Assembly (NCBI GenBank): GCA_009103225.1
Contig: RHPI01001010.1
Coordinates: forward strand, 62,001-126,000
Origin: Chlorokybus atmophyticus
Taxonomy: Eukaryota > Plantae > Mesostigma and Chlorokybus algae
Reading direction: 5' to 3'
Length of the DNA stretch: 64,000 bases
The position numbers and the translations under genes are program-made. Under the pieces are notes generated by a model. That model saw only the letters and a program-made list of their open reading frames with translations. It was not told where the DNA came from and did not search any database. Positions 1 through 12,959 of this stretch are shown here, in pieces; position 1 is the first letter of the stretch, and every line of letters starts with the position of its first letter.

Positions 1-544
1 GAGGAGTTTTGAGGCAGGCACCACGGGTCGACAAGCTGCGCATGAGTGCGCCAACTAGACTCAATGTTGTAGGTAGTTTTATGCGCAAGTCGGCTGCTCA
101 GTCGCAAGTGGACATACTCTCACCATTGCCGGTACGTTGCATTGTGGGCTTATAGTTACGTGACCAAACAATTAGTCGCAGGTTTGTGCAAGCTGCATGG
201 CATGTTGATGTTGGCTTACGGCAAGTCTTATTAACTTTTGTTAAACGGTAAGGGTCATGTATTAACAGCAGTGTAACAGTAAGAAAACTGCCGGCTATTG
301 CTGTCAGCTATCCGCGACTACCAGTTAACGGCGGTCTGTGCACATTGAGCAAAGGGTAATTGGTTGACAGCTCTCGGCCGGTCAGTGCCACTGACTACCA
401 CTTTCAGCCCGCGGCCGTCTGCGTTAGTCCACATAAGCCAACGGCAAACCCAACAAAAGTAACATTTTTGGCACCGGCAGGCAGGCTCAGGGAGGCTCAG
501 GCACCCGTCAGTCCCTCAGTCCTTAATCAGTCACCATGTTAAAT

Positions 545-1270
545 TTGAGACGGTTATTTACCATTACTTCGACCTGTTGGCAAAAGTGGTGAAAGAGTTG
601 AAAGTAGTCAAGAGCGCATCCTTTCTGCTGACGAGGTTGAAGTTCAACCAGATACCACCATGCAAAGAGTCATATATGAGAGGTAAGTGTGTTAGCTGAG
701 TTGCAATACAGTGTTGCACTTTGCAGAGTTCACAGTGCTGTACACTAACTGTATGCATATTATGCAGTGGTGCACGCTGGGCTCAAGCAGCAACAACAGG
801 AAGCCATGAGCACTTTACCATTATGGCAGCAGTGTCGGGAGCTGGTTACACCTTCCCTCCCTTGATTATCGTGAAGGGCAAGCGCATGACACAAGACAAC
901 AAAGAGGGAGAAAGCATCTGAGTCAGTGTTTGCACTGCAAGAAAATGCGTGGATGATTACAATGATGTCAGCCAGCGCGACTACCCGTGCGACTACTTAC
1001 GTATGTAAATGATCTATGCAGCGTGTTTTACTGTAGAATCTTACAGACGCCGTGCCATGGTTGATCAATGTCGATACACCATTCCTACATAGGAAGCACA
1101 TGCAACTCGCGCCATCCATTTCGTCCTGCACGCGAGTCGGCACGGCGACTCAAGTCGCGTCAGCTGCAGTTACACGCGTGCGTAACTTGTATTGTGATTT
1201 GCTACGGGCGACGCTGCTTGCGTCACTCGAAGTTACGCAAGACTTTCGATCCAAGGGAAAATCCGCTCCG
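545..1270 (+). pseudogene. Degenerate pogo/Fot1-like (DDE_1) DNA transposase remnant, frameshifted, apparently with one intron (~683-768)
   Basis: Successive frames read YHYFDLLAKVVKEL / QERILSADEVEVQ...QRVIYER / GARWAQAATTGSHEHFTIMAAVSGAGYTFPPLIIVKGKR / SESVFALQENAWM. This matches the pogo order F..L....RI.N.DE, E..T...C..A.G...PP.IIFKGK, ENGWM. There are frameshifts and an in-frame stop at 919-921. Extension beyond ~960 (PWLINV.., SLEVTQDFRSKG) is weaker. Confidence 0.65.
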
Positions 1271-2197
1271 GCGGTGACCGAAGGGCACCGGCGGGTGCGT
1301 TGGAAAGCTCTTGCCGCGACCTTTCCAACGATACATAAATATCCACATCGGATTACCATGTAAAAAAGCCCGATTACGGCCGGTAAGTACTCGTTCTTAG
1401 CGTGTCAAAGTTGCATGTGAGAGTGCACAATGCAAAGTGGCAGACGTGTAGAGCCTATCACATAAATGTACACGGCCCTGTGGGCAGGTATGATGACTGT
1501 GAAAATTGTTTGAGGGTCATGCATGTTAAGGTAGAGGTAGAAGTACCACATAGCCTGGCGATGATAAAGGTGGTGCGTTGTTGATGATTGCACGCTGCCA
1601 TTGTCGTGACTCTGACGGTGAATATGCACGCCATGCTAGCATGAGTAGCTGCCTACCCAATGCACACATGCGTGCAAAGCACACTTATGATCAATGCATT
1701 GGTCTTCCATACGTGTACACGTAACATGCATCTGTATCATTAGAATGCCTACATAAACAACCACCCAACTAACATGACTGTAACTTGGGTTGATGGGTTC
1801 GATATGAGTACACGTGCACACAATGTACACGATTCCCTTCTTCATTTGATGTACACAACACACCAAGCTCATCTCACGTGCGTAGCCTGCAGCCTACGAA
1901 CAGCCGTTATTTAACTATGTGCGTGTTGTTCTTGGCCTTTATGTTTAAGGCCCCTTTGGCCATTGGTTTTTTGTAATGTGTACATACAATGCGCGTGGCA
2001 TATGGCTGTGTGTACAATTGAAATAATTTGCAATTGGCCTTAAGTGCACAAGAATGTACAATTGTGTCTTGCAATTGGTGTGAACATCACACACGCAACA
2101 TGCTGATGAGAACAACACCACCACCTTGCATGCAATTGACTTGCCACATTCTTTCCGCATCAGATATGTATGCGGTACAAGGAGGTTTAGGACTTAT

Positions 2198-2473
2198 CCC
2201 CCCCCCCCCCNNNNNNNNNNNNNNNNNNNNNNNNNNNNNNNNNNNNNNNNNNNNNNNNNNNNNNNNNNNNNNNNNNNNNNNNNNNNNNNNNNNNNNNNNN
2301 NNNNNNNNNNNNNNNNNNNNNNNNNNNNNNNNNNNNNNNNNNNNNNNNNNNNNNNNNNNNNNNNNNNNNNNNNNNNNNNNNNNNNNNNNNNNNNNNNNNN
2401 NNNNNNNNNNNNNNNNNNNNNNNNNNNNNNNNNNNNNNNNNNNNNNNNNNNNNNNNNNNNNNNNNNNNNNNNN

Positions 2474-2568
<95 letters not shown>

Positions 2569-2584
2569 GGGTGGGGGGGGGGGG
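2198..2584. other. Assembly gap (N 2211-2473) flanked by a C13 run and a ~94-nt poly-G run
   Basis: Directly visible. The ORFs called across it are artefacts. Confidence 0.95.
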
Positions 2585-2896
2585 TCTTGATAAGTTGCGC
2601 AGGTATTAAGCAAGCGCCAGCTATTGAATCTCGTCTCATAATTGAAGTGATTAAGTTGGCTATTCAACTCTGCGACGGAGCCCTGTTGTACAACATATAT
2701 TGTGGCAGTTATTATGCCACATGCCGTGTCGTGTCATTGTTGTACCCGTCACCCATTAACACGACGTGCTGGATGTTGTTGAATGTTGTTGCACTACACA
2801 TGACTCCAGCTGTTTAAGCATAAGCATGACGTGCGCATAACATTGCACATGCACGACGAGAACCCCATGCGTTCGAGCGTCTCAATGCCGTGTTCT

Positions 2897-5178
2897 TCAT
2901 TGACCCAACGCCAACACTACTTCACTCCAGTGCGGGTCACGCGCCCAGTTAAAACCGCTCTCAAAGATGAGGCCCTGCATACATGGGCCAGCCAATGCTG
3001 TCAAATAGCAAAGACCACGCGTGCGAACTGTGCTTAAGATAAAAGGCAGTGCAAGCAGTAGCTCTGATATCACCTGTAGAGTGTTGCAAAGAACAATCGT
3101 TTCGTCATGCAGAGCCTTCGACTGCTCCAACAGCCTGGTGCAAGACAAGTGATGGGTTTATGCTGTTTGAGGCTGCTACTCACTGACTGTGCTGTTTGGA
3201 TGCATTAGCTTTCTTGCTAACTAACTAGCTGAGCAATTGGAAATTGTGCAGCAGACAAAGGGACAAGCCACATACTGCCAATGACACGCGTCTTGACATG
3301 CTTAATGTATTGGAGGCATGACAGAGCATGTTGACGACCATTCTGACCTTTGCCTTTGCTGTGGGGAGCTGGCTTCATCGCTTGCAGCGTGCCGTCTCTC
3401 TGCCTTGGCTTCTTCAAGTTGGCGGTAAAGTTGCCTTACACAAGGCATTGCATCTGCGCATTCGCATGTGTGATGTGCAATACATTCATTGCTTGCAAGA
3501 CAAATATTACACAGGTCATCACATAGTGCCACCAACCTGCTCGCGTCGCGCGCACGCTGAACAACTCGTCATTAAGTTGTGCACTGCGCGTGTGCAGCCG
3601 CGCCAGCTCTCGCATCTGAAGGTGCCACAGACCCAGTCAACATGACGCAGCTGCTTTTGGCCAAACGACTACCCATGCTCATGGAGACGGCATGACACAA
3701 ACAGCATGCAACAACCATGACTTGTTCTAGCACCTTGTCATTGCGAAGCGCCAAAACGGCAGGCAATCTGCAAACTGAACAACAGTCAAATGTTGTTACA
3801 TGCATGTGTGTGTATGTGTATGGCCCAACGATATTGGACGCCAATAGGCACAGGCAATGCGCTGTAAGAACAGTATGACACATCTCAGGCATGTGATGCC
3901 ACTATTGTTACAGGGCACATGCGCACACTAACTTGTGAACATGCTGCATGCCAGAAGCATGCACGCACGCAAATTACCCGTGCAGCAGCTGGTTGAGTGG
4001 GTTGCTGGACTCTCTGCCTTCTGTTAAGCAGGACTCAAGCAGAGGCGCTTGTCGCAGTCTGCATATGAACCACACTCAGTGCACGCGGCATCAACTGCTC
4101 ACGTTCAACATTTACGCCATGCCCTGTGATGACGAACACATGATGTACCTCATAATAAGCAATGCCTGTCGCTTTGCACGTGACTCTGCCTCTTCCACAG
4201 CTTCCTGTGTAGCAGTCAAACCGTCACGCACAAGTTGTGCGCTCAACTTGATGTCGCCATTGCATTTGCATGCAAGGATTGTGCGCGTCTTCGCATGCAT
4301 GACCACTGACTTCAGTACTGTTTGGTGTCATTTATCAACGTTGTTGTGAAAGTTGTAAATATGCATGGCACATTGAAAAAGCGTACTTGAACACGCGTGC
4401 ACGGCATTGCTATACCTCCAAGGCTGCAAGACGATCACGGACAGCTTCCTCATCATGCAAGTCCTGCAGCTCCGGATGCTCGGCCTGCAGATTTGTTGTT
4501 CTAACATATGCACACATACCCAAATGCACGCTTGCAACCTCCCAGTGTGCACAGCTGTAGAAAGATACCTACCAAATCCTGCAGAACCCGCAACTCTCCA
4601 TTGTACGCATCAATCTGTGCGGAAACACACACATGCGTTATCTGCTATACATCACAAGCAGCGTGCATGCATTGCTGTATCGTTGCTTGTATGGAGCTTA
4701 AGCGACTTACTGGCAGAGTGTAAACCAGGTAATCAGTTGTCAACTCCCAACATTCAGCATTGACACGCAGTACATTTAAGCTGCTGCATTGACTCAAGAC
4801 GTAAACCATTTCTGCCAAAGCCCGTCACCTGAACTTCTCTACGCAACAACGCACGAGAGTTAAGTTCGGCTCTAGTATACTGACGCGCCAATGAAACACT
4901 ATTAGCAGCTAAGCAGCCAGACAAGTAATACACAAACCAGCCTTGCGAGCCCTGCTCGACTCACTCACTCACTCACTCACCTGCTCCGTGAGGGCGTCGT
5001 TGCGCGCGGAGGCCTCAGCGACCCTGCGTCGGAGCTCCGCCACGTCAGAGTCACCCTCGAGGCCCCGGGCGACGACGGAGCGCACGGCCGCGGCGGGCCC
5101 GCGAGACAGCACCGCCGCTGCCGCAGCCTTCACGGCTGCCACCGCCTCGCCCAACGCATCCATGCTGCTTCCCCGCAT
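2897..5178 (-). CDS. CENPH: Centromere protein H (CENP-H/Fta3/Mcm16)-like, 10 exons, 271 aa
   Basis: Exons 5178-4981, 4614-4573, 4484-4416, 4204-4149, 4058-3978, 3767-3722, 3615-3537, 3453-3348, 3134-3074 and 2974-2897 all have GT-AG boundaries with matching phases. The protein is coiled-coil and ends ETIVLCNTLQGLIFESGFNWARDPHWSEVVLALGQ*, resembling the CENP-H C-terminal signature (human, recalled: TTVIQHVFQNLILGSKVNWAEDPALKEIVLQLE). HTRSAQLNDELFSVRATR also aligns with QQESWDLEEKLLDIRKKR. Confidence 0.78.
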
Positions 5179-5850
5179 GCAGACTGCCGCTGGTTGTCGT
5201 ATTACTGTCGTTGCACTGTGGTTGTTGTTGCGATGACGTAAGTACATAGCCCTAGTGTACAGCAACAGTGTGCATGCCATACGGCAACCCGAGACTTTGA
5301 GTACATGCAGCAATATAGGTGCCCGCACACGCAACTTGTTTATGGCTTGCAAGCCACTGATCAAACTAGGTAATGATTAAGTGGAACAGCAAATCATTGT
5401 GCTATAGTTGACTGTTCTTGTTCCATATTGGTGAAATGGTGACCCAGTGGTTGGGCTCTGTTACACAGACTGTTTGCTGCACAACTGGCGAATGGTATGG
5501 TGCAACTCTGTTGGACTCTTCTGACTTTCTCAACTCGTCCACGGCACAACATAAACCAACCTGCCTGCACCTCACCGCAGAAGATCACAATGGAGACATG
5601 CATAGAATCACAGGTGTTGGTAACTTGCATGTACAGCCCAAGCAGATTGTGCAGCATGGAGGCAATGTAGCAAAACTGGACACCTGGGACAACAGCATGC
5701 AGAAGAGCACTGCGCGGATGGTGCTCCCTGATAGCGTCTCAATATTGCAGTTTATTCCTGGTCATTGAACTGACTGTACAAACAACAACAGTGGCGACTC
5801 CAATTGGTGTTGAGTATGAACCCATCGTCACCTCGCAACTATGCTGAAAT

Positions 5851-8800
5851 TCATATGAACATGTTCTGCAAGTCTGCGGTGCTGGGCGTGCGTGGATGGA
5901 TGCCGTTCTCGTTGAAATGGCTCCGCAGTCCGAGCCAGCACTTGTAGTAGTCTTTGTCAAGGTGCGGCGAGGTCAGTGCGAACTCCGTCACGCGCGGCGT
6001 GAAGTTGGTCTCGAACATGAATGCGAGCGTGTCGGGAGGCAAATGCCGAGGCTGGTGCTCGTCCTCGGACACCGCGCGCTCAAATGTCTCGGTGTCTGGC
6101 CCGTGAGGTGTCATGTTGCAATGCAGACTGGCGCCACCAGGCAAGAAACCCTCTGCCTTTGCCTGTCGCACAGAATCACGAGATGCGCTATCACTGCTTA
6201 GCAAAGCTCCATAATCCGACCAAGTTCATGCTGAGCAGCAGCAAGCTGCTAAGTTGCAGCCTGCTTAAAAACGGCGAGCATGACTGTGACTGGCATACCT
6301 CATAGACGCCTCGTATGAGTCCCATGAACTCGCTGCTGCAGTTGCGGTGGTAGTAAGGGGGTCTGAAGGTGTGCTCTGCAACTGTCCACCGTGGTGGGAA
6401 GATGACAAAGTCCGCAATAGCCATTCCCTGCACAGGGAGCTGTTCAGCCACAAGACCTCATGCATGTGGGTGCAGCAAACTGACCGACATGCATGTGCAT
6501 GAAGTTCACCCAACACTTGTTTACATGTGCAAGTGCAACAGCATACCGGTACAGGGGATGGGCAGGTGAGCACAGTGAAGATGGATGGATCAGGATGGTC
6601 AAATGACACAGTGTTAACCGCGCAAAACAAGCGAGTGTCATACTGCAGTACCAAGACAACAATTCAGCACTGGGAACCGATCCGAGGGCAGCTTCAGGTT
6701 GCATGCTAAGCATACAATTCAATTAACCCACCAACATAAAGCAAATACACGAAACACGGTGTCACCTTGTAGGGTGCGTAATTTCCATGCCATGCCACCA
6801 CGTTGAATGGTGAAAAGGTCTGCGTTGCTTCAAATAGCCTTCCCTCAAACTTATGTACAACGAAGAAGCTTTCGCACACGCGGTCCTCGTACCATGCAAT
6901 TGGGGTCTGAAAGTCCCTTGGGTTGGCAAGGCCATTCGCACCTATCACATTGAACCATGAACATGGTCGACGGAAACTGTACAAAACCTGCTGATGCTGT
7001 GCTCTTGGGACGGCATTCCTGGTCTTCATATGCGTTTACTAATTGTATATCAAAGCTGCTGTACCTATTGGCCCAAGGTCGGGCAAGGTGAAGTGGCCGC
7101 CAAATACTTCAAGGACATATCCACGTGCTGGTTCGTTCCCAACATCAATTGAGAAGCGCATGCCTTGTTGGATGACGACCACCTCAGCAGGCAGCACGCA
7201 CAGCCGCCCAAACTCCGTGGTAATGTGCAGCACTGCAAGGACATCATCAAGTTGAACAACATGAGACTCCAAGTTTGCACAGCGCTTGTTCAACAATGGC
7301 TCAGTTGGCATTACCTCCACTTTCAGGCACAATCAAAAAATCTCCATCTGCGTTTGCCATGCATTTATCCTCCATCGACTTGTTTATTGCATACCTGCAC
7401 AAGCACTGACTGAACCTCAGAATCCAGCTCACTTGCTGTGGGACTCTCAGGACTGCTGTAATGATTTGAAAGCCCTAAAGCAGGAACTTCCTTGCCAAAC
7501 AAATCCCCAATGATTGTCATGCACATCACACACAAGTAACATTGCCAATGCGGTCTCACATGTGGATGGCGAAGCCAGACTTTGTTGACGTGCTGCCTGC
7601 CCCGGCAAAAGTAACCAAGCCTTCGACGAAGTCGGTGGGTGTCTGTGGGTAAGGAAGAGGTCGCCACCGCAACTGGTTTGGTGTGATCGTTTCATTTGAA
7701 AAATCGCTCCTGAGAAGCGTTGACGACTTTACAGGCTTGAAGGGCTCGTGTGTCACCGAAGGTCGTATGCGGTACAACCAGCTGTACTTTGAAAGTCAGC
7801 TTGGTCTCCACAACATGGCCACAATCACAGCTTACGCACTCACTGTGCGACACTCACCTTCGCTGGTTGTACTTCCTCGGTACTGTGAAGGCTGTGCCGG
7901 ACAGCTGCTCAGCGTACAGCCCGTATGGGCAGATGCGCGGATTGTTCTGCAGAAAAACCCCAATTTCGTCATAACAAGTATGACAGGTTCAGATCAGAGT
8001 TGGCTCAGCATTGCAGGATGCAGTCAACACGAGGTGCGCGGCTACGCTTGACAGAAGGCGACAGAGTCCGGCCTAGGTCCCACTATAGAGCCGCAGGAGG
8101 AAAGGGGGGGGNNNNNNNNNNNNNNNNNNNNNNNNNNNNNNNNNNNNNNNNNNNNNNNNNNNNNNNNNNNNNNNNNNNNNNNNNNNNNNNNGGGGGGGGC
8201 TTGCTCGAATGCTAGTTATGCTGTGCATGATTATGGGATGTCAGCCGCACACAAGAGCCAGGCCATGGCAGCGGCGATCTGCCTTCAATACAGACTGACA
8301 TAATCGGCAGGCAACGTTGTGCTTGTTTCACATTTAACGCCACCTTCGCAACCCAACGACTATGAGAAGAGAGCATCCGTACTGACCAGCTTGCGAGCTA
8401 ACACGTTACTGTAGTCAACTGCTAGTTGAAGAAATGAAGTAGTCGATGTGTATGCGTGATGGCAACCGCTATACAGCAGTCAATGGTTCTGCAGCTGTTA
8501 TCATCGTCGACAATTGATAGGAAGGCAACAAACAGCTGAGCAGCACTGTCTGAGACAGGCTTACAACTGATGTCGTAGTCAGTCTGAAGGTCGGCAGGCA
8601 AGCCGACGCACACGTGGCTAACCCACAAAATCCTGGCTTAGGGGTAGACTATGTGGTCAACTTTGGCCGCTGCACACACAAAGAGCAACCGAAACCAGCA
8701 GTAGACCAAAGTTGATGAACCTCCAACTCAAATAAACACACCTGCCCGGCAGGCAGGGCGTTTGGCAGCGCCTCACTGGCGAAGTGGTTGCCAAACCCGC

Positions 8801-8894
8801 TCTGGTAAGCAAGGGATCTCCAGGGGTCGTCCTCCCCGGGCTCTCCGGAAGTGGTCGCCAACACTTCCACCGCCGTCGCCGCCGCCTCGTCCAT
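5851..8894 (-). CDS. HGD: Homogentisate 1,2-dioxygenase, 8 exons
   Basis: Motifs [127 protein letters not shown] and [19 protein letters not shown]. The Fe-ligand His/Glu/His residues are present. Intron 1 contains the gap at 8112-8191. Confidence 0.97.
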
Positions 8895-9407
8895 AACCGC
8901 GCTTTCCCGCCACGCCAGCAGCTGCAACAACTTGACGCTGACAGCAAGACTATATAGACGTGGTGTCGCGCACTGCGGACCGCTGATGCATGCCGCGAAG
9001 GGGCAATCGTCCATCAGTCAGCTCAGGAAATGGTGAAAATGGCTACACCTGAATGGTGAGTGTGTGCCACGTTGGCGGCGGCGGCGGCGGCGGCGGCGAT
9101 GGCAACGTAGGTAGCTGACGAGGTCGTTGGTGTCACGCCGGAAGGAGGCGTAGAGGCCAACGTATAGGCAACGTTGCGTAGATGGAGAGAGCGACATTGA
9201 CGACAGCAGCAGCAGCATCAACAGCCGCAGTTTCACGCCTCGCTTTTCCCGCCTCCAGAAGGCCTGTTTGGGTGGACACAGGCGGCGTGATTAGGGCTGT
9301 GCTGGCGAGGGTGGGAGTGGGTGCAAGGCCAAGGGGATATTAACTTGTGATGAGCTTGCGTGTCATGATGGCTGTTGCCTGTGGACGGTCGTAGCTCGCC
9401 GCGAGCT

Positions 9408-12045
9408 ATGGAGTGGAGAAACTCAGCTGTTGCGGACTACAGCAGCATGCCACCGCTATGGACAGAGCACAAACAGCTCCAGTCCTCTCATGCACGCAAA
9501 CCGTTATCTTCACATGTGCAGCGGGCACTTCAAGAAGGTGCTTGATTGGATGGGCTTTGTCTGCCGGGGAGAGCACTTTCAAAGGCGATGTCGCCTCGGC
9601 TAGACAATAACAACGAACACGCACATAAGCACGTCATAAACATCGGGTGCAATTGCAAAATTACATCCGGTTTGTTATGCCTGCTGTACGTCGTGGTTCG
9701 GTTGGAGTTCTCGTGTGTCTGCTTGATAGCAATGCACTGACTGACTCAGGCTTGTATTGATGTGATGTGCTGCTTGCAGCGATGCATGTAGGGCCAGTCC
9801 TGCTGCGTGTACTGCACCTTCCAACCGGGAACAGTGGCGAGGACATGACCGAGCACGAGTTGAGATGTATGTTGGCGCGTTGGGTTGAGGCGGAGATGGT
9901 GCGGTACATAGCGCTATATTCTCAGCAATTCGCAGTTGTTACTTGCAACACGCTTGGTGCGGCTATTATTGTTGGCAGAGACTTGCAGGTGAGTGCAGGC
10001 TAAAGCCCGAGCACAATGACAGTGTGTGACTGTGATAGTGCTCGTTGCTGCAATACTGCGTGATATGTTGTACTTTGCATGCACTGACTTTAGCCCAACC
10101 ACTGGATTGTGCCCTCGTAAGCCGCTTCATTGTTACATGAATACATACCAGTTCGGCTGTGTGTTTGGGCGTTTACGTCTATGTGCCAGTGACTGCCCTG
10201 CTTGGTGTTTCCAATGCAAAGGTTATTTACTTTGCCTGCAGAAGCAATTTCAGTATTTTCCTATGGCGGTGCAGCCGTCATGCTTTGACATCGGTGGCAT
10301 GCTAGCCCTTGAAGTGTTTGATGCAATCACCAAAGCGCTGGAGGGAAAGCCCTACAAAATGCCTGCCAGGTGCATGTCACAGTGTGAGTCACCCAGGTGC
10401 AAGTACTATATTTTGCCTATTGTGCATACATATATATGCTGCATCTAACAGGCTGGCACCAAGTGGCTCGCAAGAGCATTTAGGAAAAGCGGCCATAGCC
10501 CGTACAGCAACGCCAGAGAAGTCACGTGAGCTGGATGCGGACATGGATATGGATTCACCCACTAAGGGTGCCATCAGTCGTGATCCAAGCAACTCACTCG
10601 AGGAAGAGCTGCATGGCCGCGATGCACCATTGGCATTGCCAGACGCATTTCAACAAGCAAGCGCACAGGTGCCAACAGTAGCTGGCAGTGAAGAACGTTT
10701 GCCGACAATGCCAGTCGAGGAACATGTTCCAGCAATGCCAGTTGCGGAACGTCCATGGTCACCAGTGAGTCCACCAACAGCAAGTGGCGGCACACCCCCC
10801 CTCCCACCATTGCCTGCTGCGCCGCCTCCTGCAACGCCACCTCCACCTTGCCTGACTCCTCCGTTACCTCCTCCCGTAAGTGTGCTAGCCTTACCTGGTG
10901 CTGTCGACATTTTGGAGCCAACTGCAACTGCAGTCGCTGACTGCAATGCCATTGCGCCATTGCCAAATGGCTGTGACGGCCACGATGAGAAGTCCTTGAC
11001 AACATTAGGCGAGACAAGGAACATTGACACACCCTACCACGAACCTCAGGCTCCTGGCTCTGTCGAGAAGTTCAAAGACATGAGTTCTTTTGCTGAAGCG
11101 TTATCGTTAGCAGCGAAAAGGTGGGCGCAGCGCCTGCCAGAACCTTCGCAACCTACCCCTGTTGAGGAGAACCATGCGCAAGGGGCGGGTGATTCCTTAC
11201 AGGAAAAATGCACAGTGGTGAAGCCAAACCCTTGTATAGTTTCCCCCGTCGCAACAATACCTGCTAGCACTCCTGATGTTAGGTCTACCGTTGTTAGTGT
11301 ACAGGACAAGGCAGACCCAAGCGCACCAGGTGCCAGAGCCGGGAAACGGTCAAGAAAAGAGCCCGGCACCTATAGCCAGCAGGCTGATAAGACATCCCTA
11401 CATGCGCTACCCTGCACCACGGGCCGAAGCGCTCGTCACAACTCATGTCACTTCAGCACTGCAGAGGGGTCAGAACCGGTTGCGCAACGATTGAAGCAGG
11501 AGGGCGAGACAGATTCTCCTGGGTCTGGACGGTCTGTTGCTGTTCAGCCGATGAAGAAGCTGTGCACCACCAACTCAGAGTCCAAGTGGCGTGTCAATGA
11601 GGACCTGCCTGGTGGTCGGCGGACATCACCTTCGCCCTTGCTGCCTCCCTTGTTGGAAGACTTTCAACCAGCGATTGCAATTGATGCAGAGGATGACGAC
11701 AACGCACCCTTCTGGCGGCCGGCATCATTGAGAATCTATGACAGGCCCAGTTCACGAAGGCGCAGTGCAAGTCCTGAACTTCGGAGACGCCATTGGACAC
11801 CAGACAAGTTAAGGCGTGGTAGGCGTCATGAACATCGACATGCAAGCAGTCCACGACGGCCTTCAAGGTCTTATCTGCCACGGAGACCAGCATCTCCAGC
11901 AGAGCATCGCAACTCTCTTCGTGACCCGGATGTGCGCAGGCGTAGACTACAGTCTCCCCCGACAAAGAGGGAGGCTGTAGAGGGAGAGCTACAAGTGGGC
12001 AGTCACCATGCAACTTCTACTGAGTTGCAAGTGGAAGAGCCGTGA
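9408..12045 (+). CDS. Uncharacterised protein: small N-terminal domain (possibly RRM-like) plus a long Pro-, Ser- and Arg-rich disordered region; may extend to ~12840 with a SPOC-like tail
   Basis: Phase-consistent exons 9408-9537, 9780-9897, 9979-9988, 10094-10116, 10242-~10369 and a ~1.5-kb exon from 10451 that is open to the stop at 12045. Downstream exon-like pieces (PMWGKWGGGEVLCGLLR; LRGGVDMTSFFNTFTCLPPNFSVEASMWR) could continue the frame if the donor at 11995 is used. Confidence 0.6.
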
Positions 12046-12959
12046 TAAGGTTCGCTGCAAAGAGATTTCACTGCTCATCAGCCGCCATCCCACAAGGAGC
12101 GTGCCCAACCTTGCTGAACACCAGTTGTCGCTGTGCTACATTAGCAAGCTTGGTATTTTCCCCCGGTTGGGCAGTTTTTCCTTGTGCCGATGGTTTATGT
12201 GCCTTTTTGCTCCGTCCAAGGCACTTTCCTCCGATTGGACTGACTGGACACACGCACGCAGCACCTATGTGGGGAAAATGGGGAGGTGGGGAGGTTCTTT
12301 GCGGGCTTCTCCGAGTAAGGCACCTGTCCACCTGTTGTCGTTGGTTGCTGTGTGCAGTAATCCTGGCATGGTACTGATGCTGATGAAGCTTCATGCAGGG
12401 CAAGAGTTGCGTGGTGGGGTTGACATGACGAGTTTCTTCAATACTTTCACTTGCTTGCCACCGAACTTCAGTGTTGAGGCATCAATGTGGCGCTTTCATG
12501 CCGTGTTCCTCATAGAACTGCTAGTGTTTGTACACAGGAGGAAACGGCAGTTCCCCTGCGGTCTTTGTTGCAGTCCAGGGTATTCTCGTCCTGCAGCAAC
12601 CCACTCAGCATCTCACCACCATTGGCGACGTACTGGGGCAGTTGCTTGCTGATGCTGGCGCCTCGTGCTCGTTTTGTACTCGAACCAGTTCAGAGCGTGA
12701 GTTACTGTAGCTGGTTGTAGAGTCACTACTGGTGACCGCTTGACCTGTTGGCCCATCAGCAGCAACGAGGGGTTGCACCGATTGCTGTGGTTGGTTGGCA
12801 AGTTGAAAAGCCAGCGATCCTCTTCTGCTTGTGGCTGATGGCGTCTTCACTCGTTAAGAATGGGAATGAAACCTAGCATGCTTATAGCACACCCTAAAGC
12901 CTCGTCATTGGTGGAAAGGTTCCCTTGCAAAGGATGGCAACCATAGGAATGCCGTCAAC

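Noticed and set aside
2028-2667. Long ORFs with poly-Gly/poly-Pro and X runs
   Set aside because: They are translations of an N gap and homopolymer runs. The same applies to the ORFs over 38107-38834 and 49001-49357.
4149-4204. Possible GC donor (CAG/gcattg) in the CENP-H-like gene
   Set aside because: The frame continues to a GT donor at 4148 whose phase matches the next exon.
6320-6345. HGD reads HRNCSSE instead of the usual HRNCMSE
   Set aside because: The metal-ligand His and Glu are intact; a single substitution is not enough to infer altered function.
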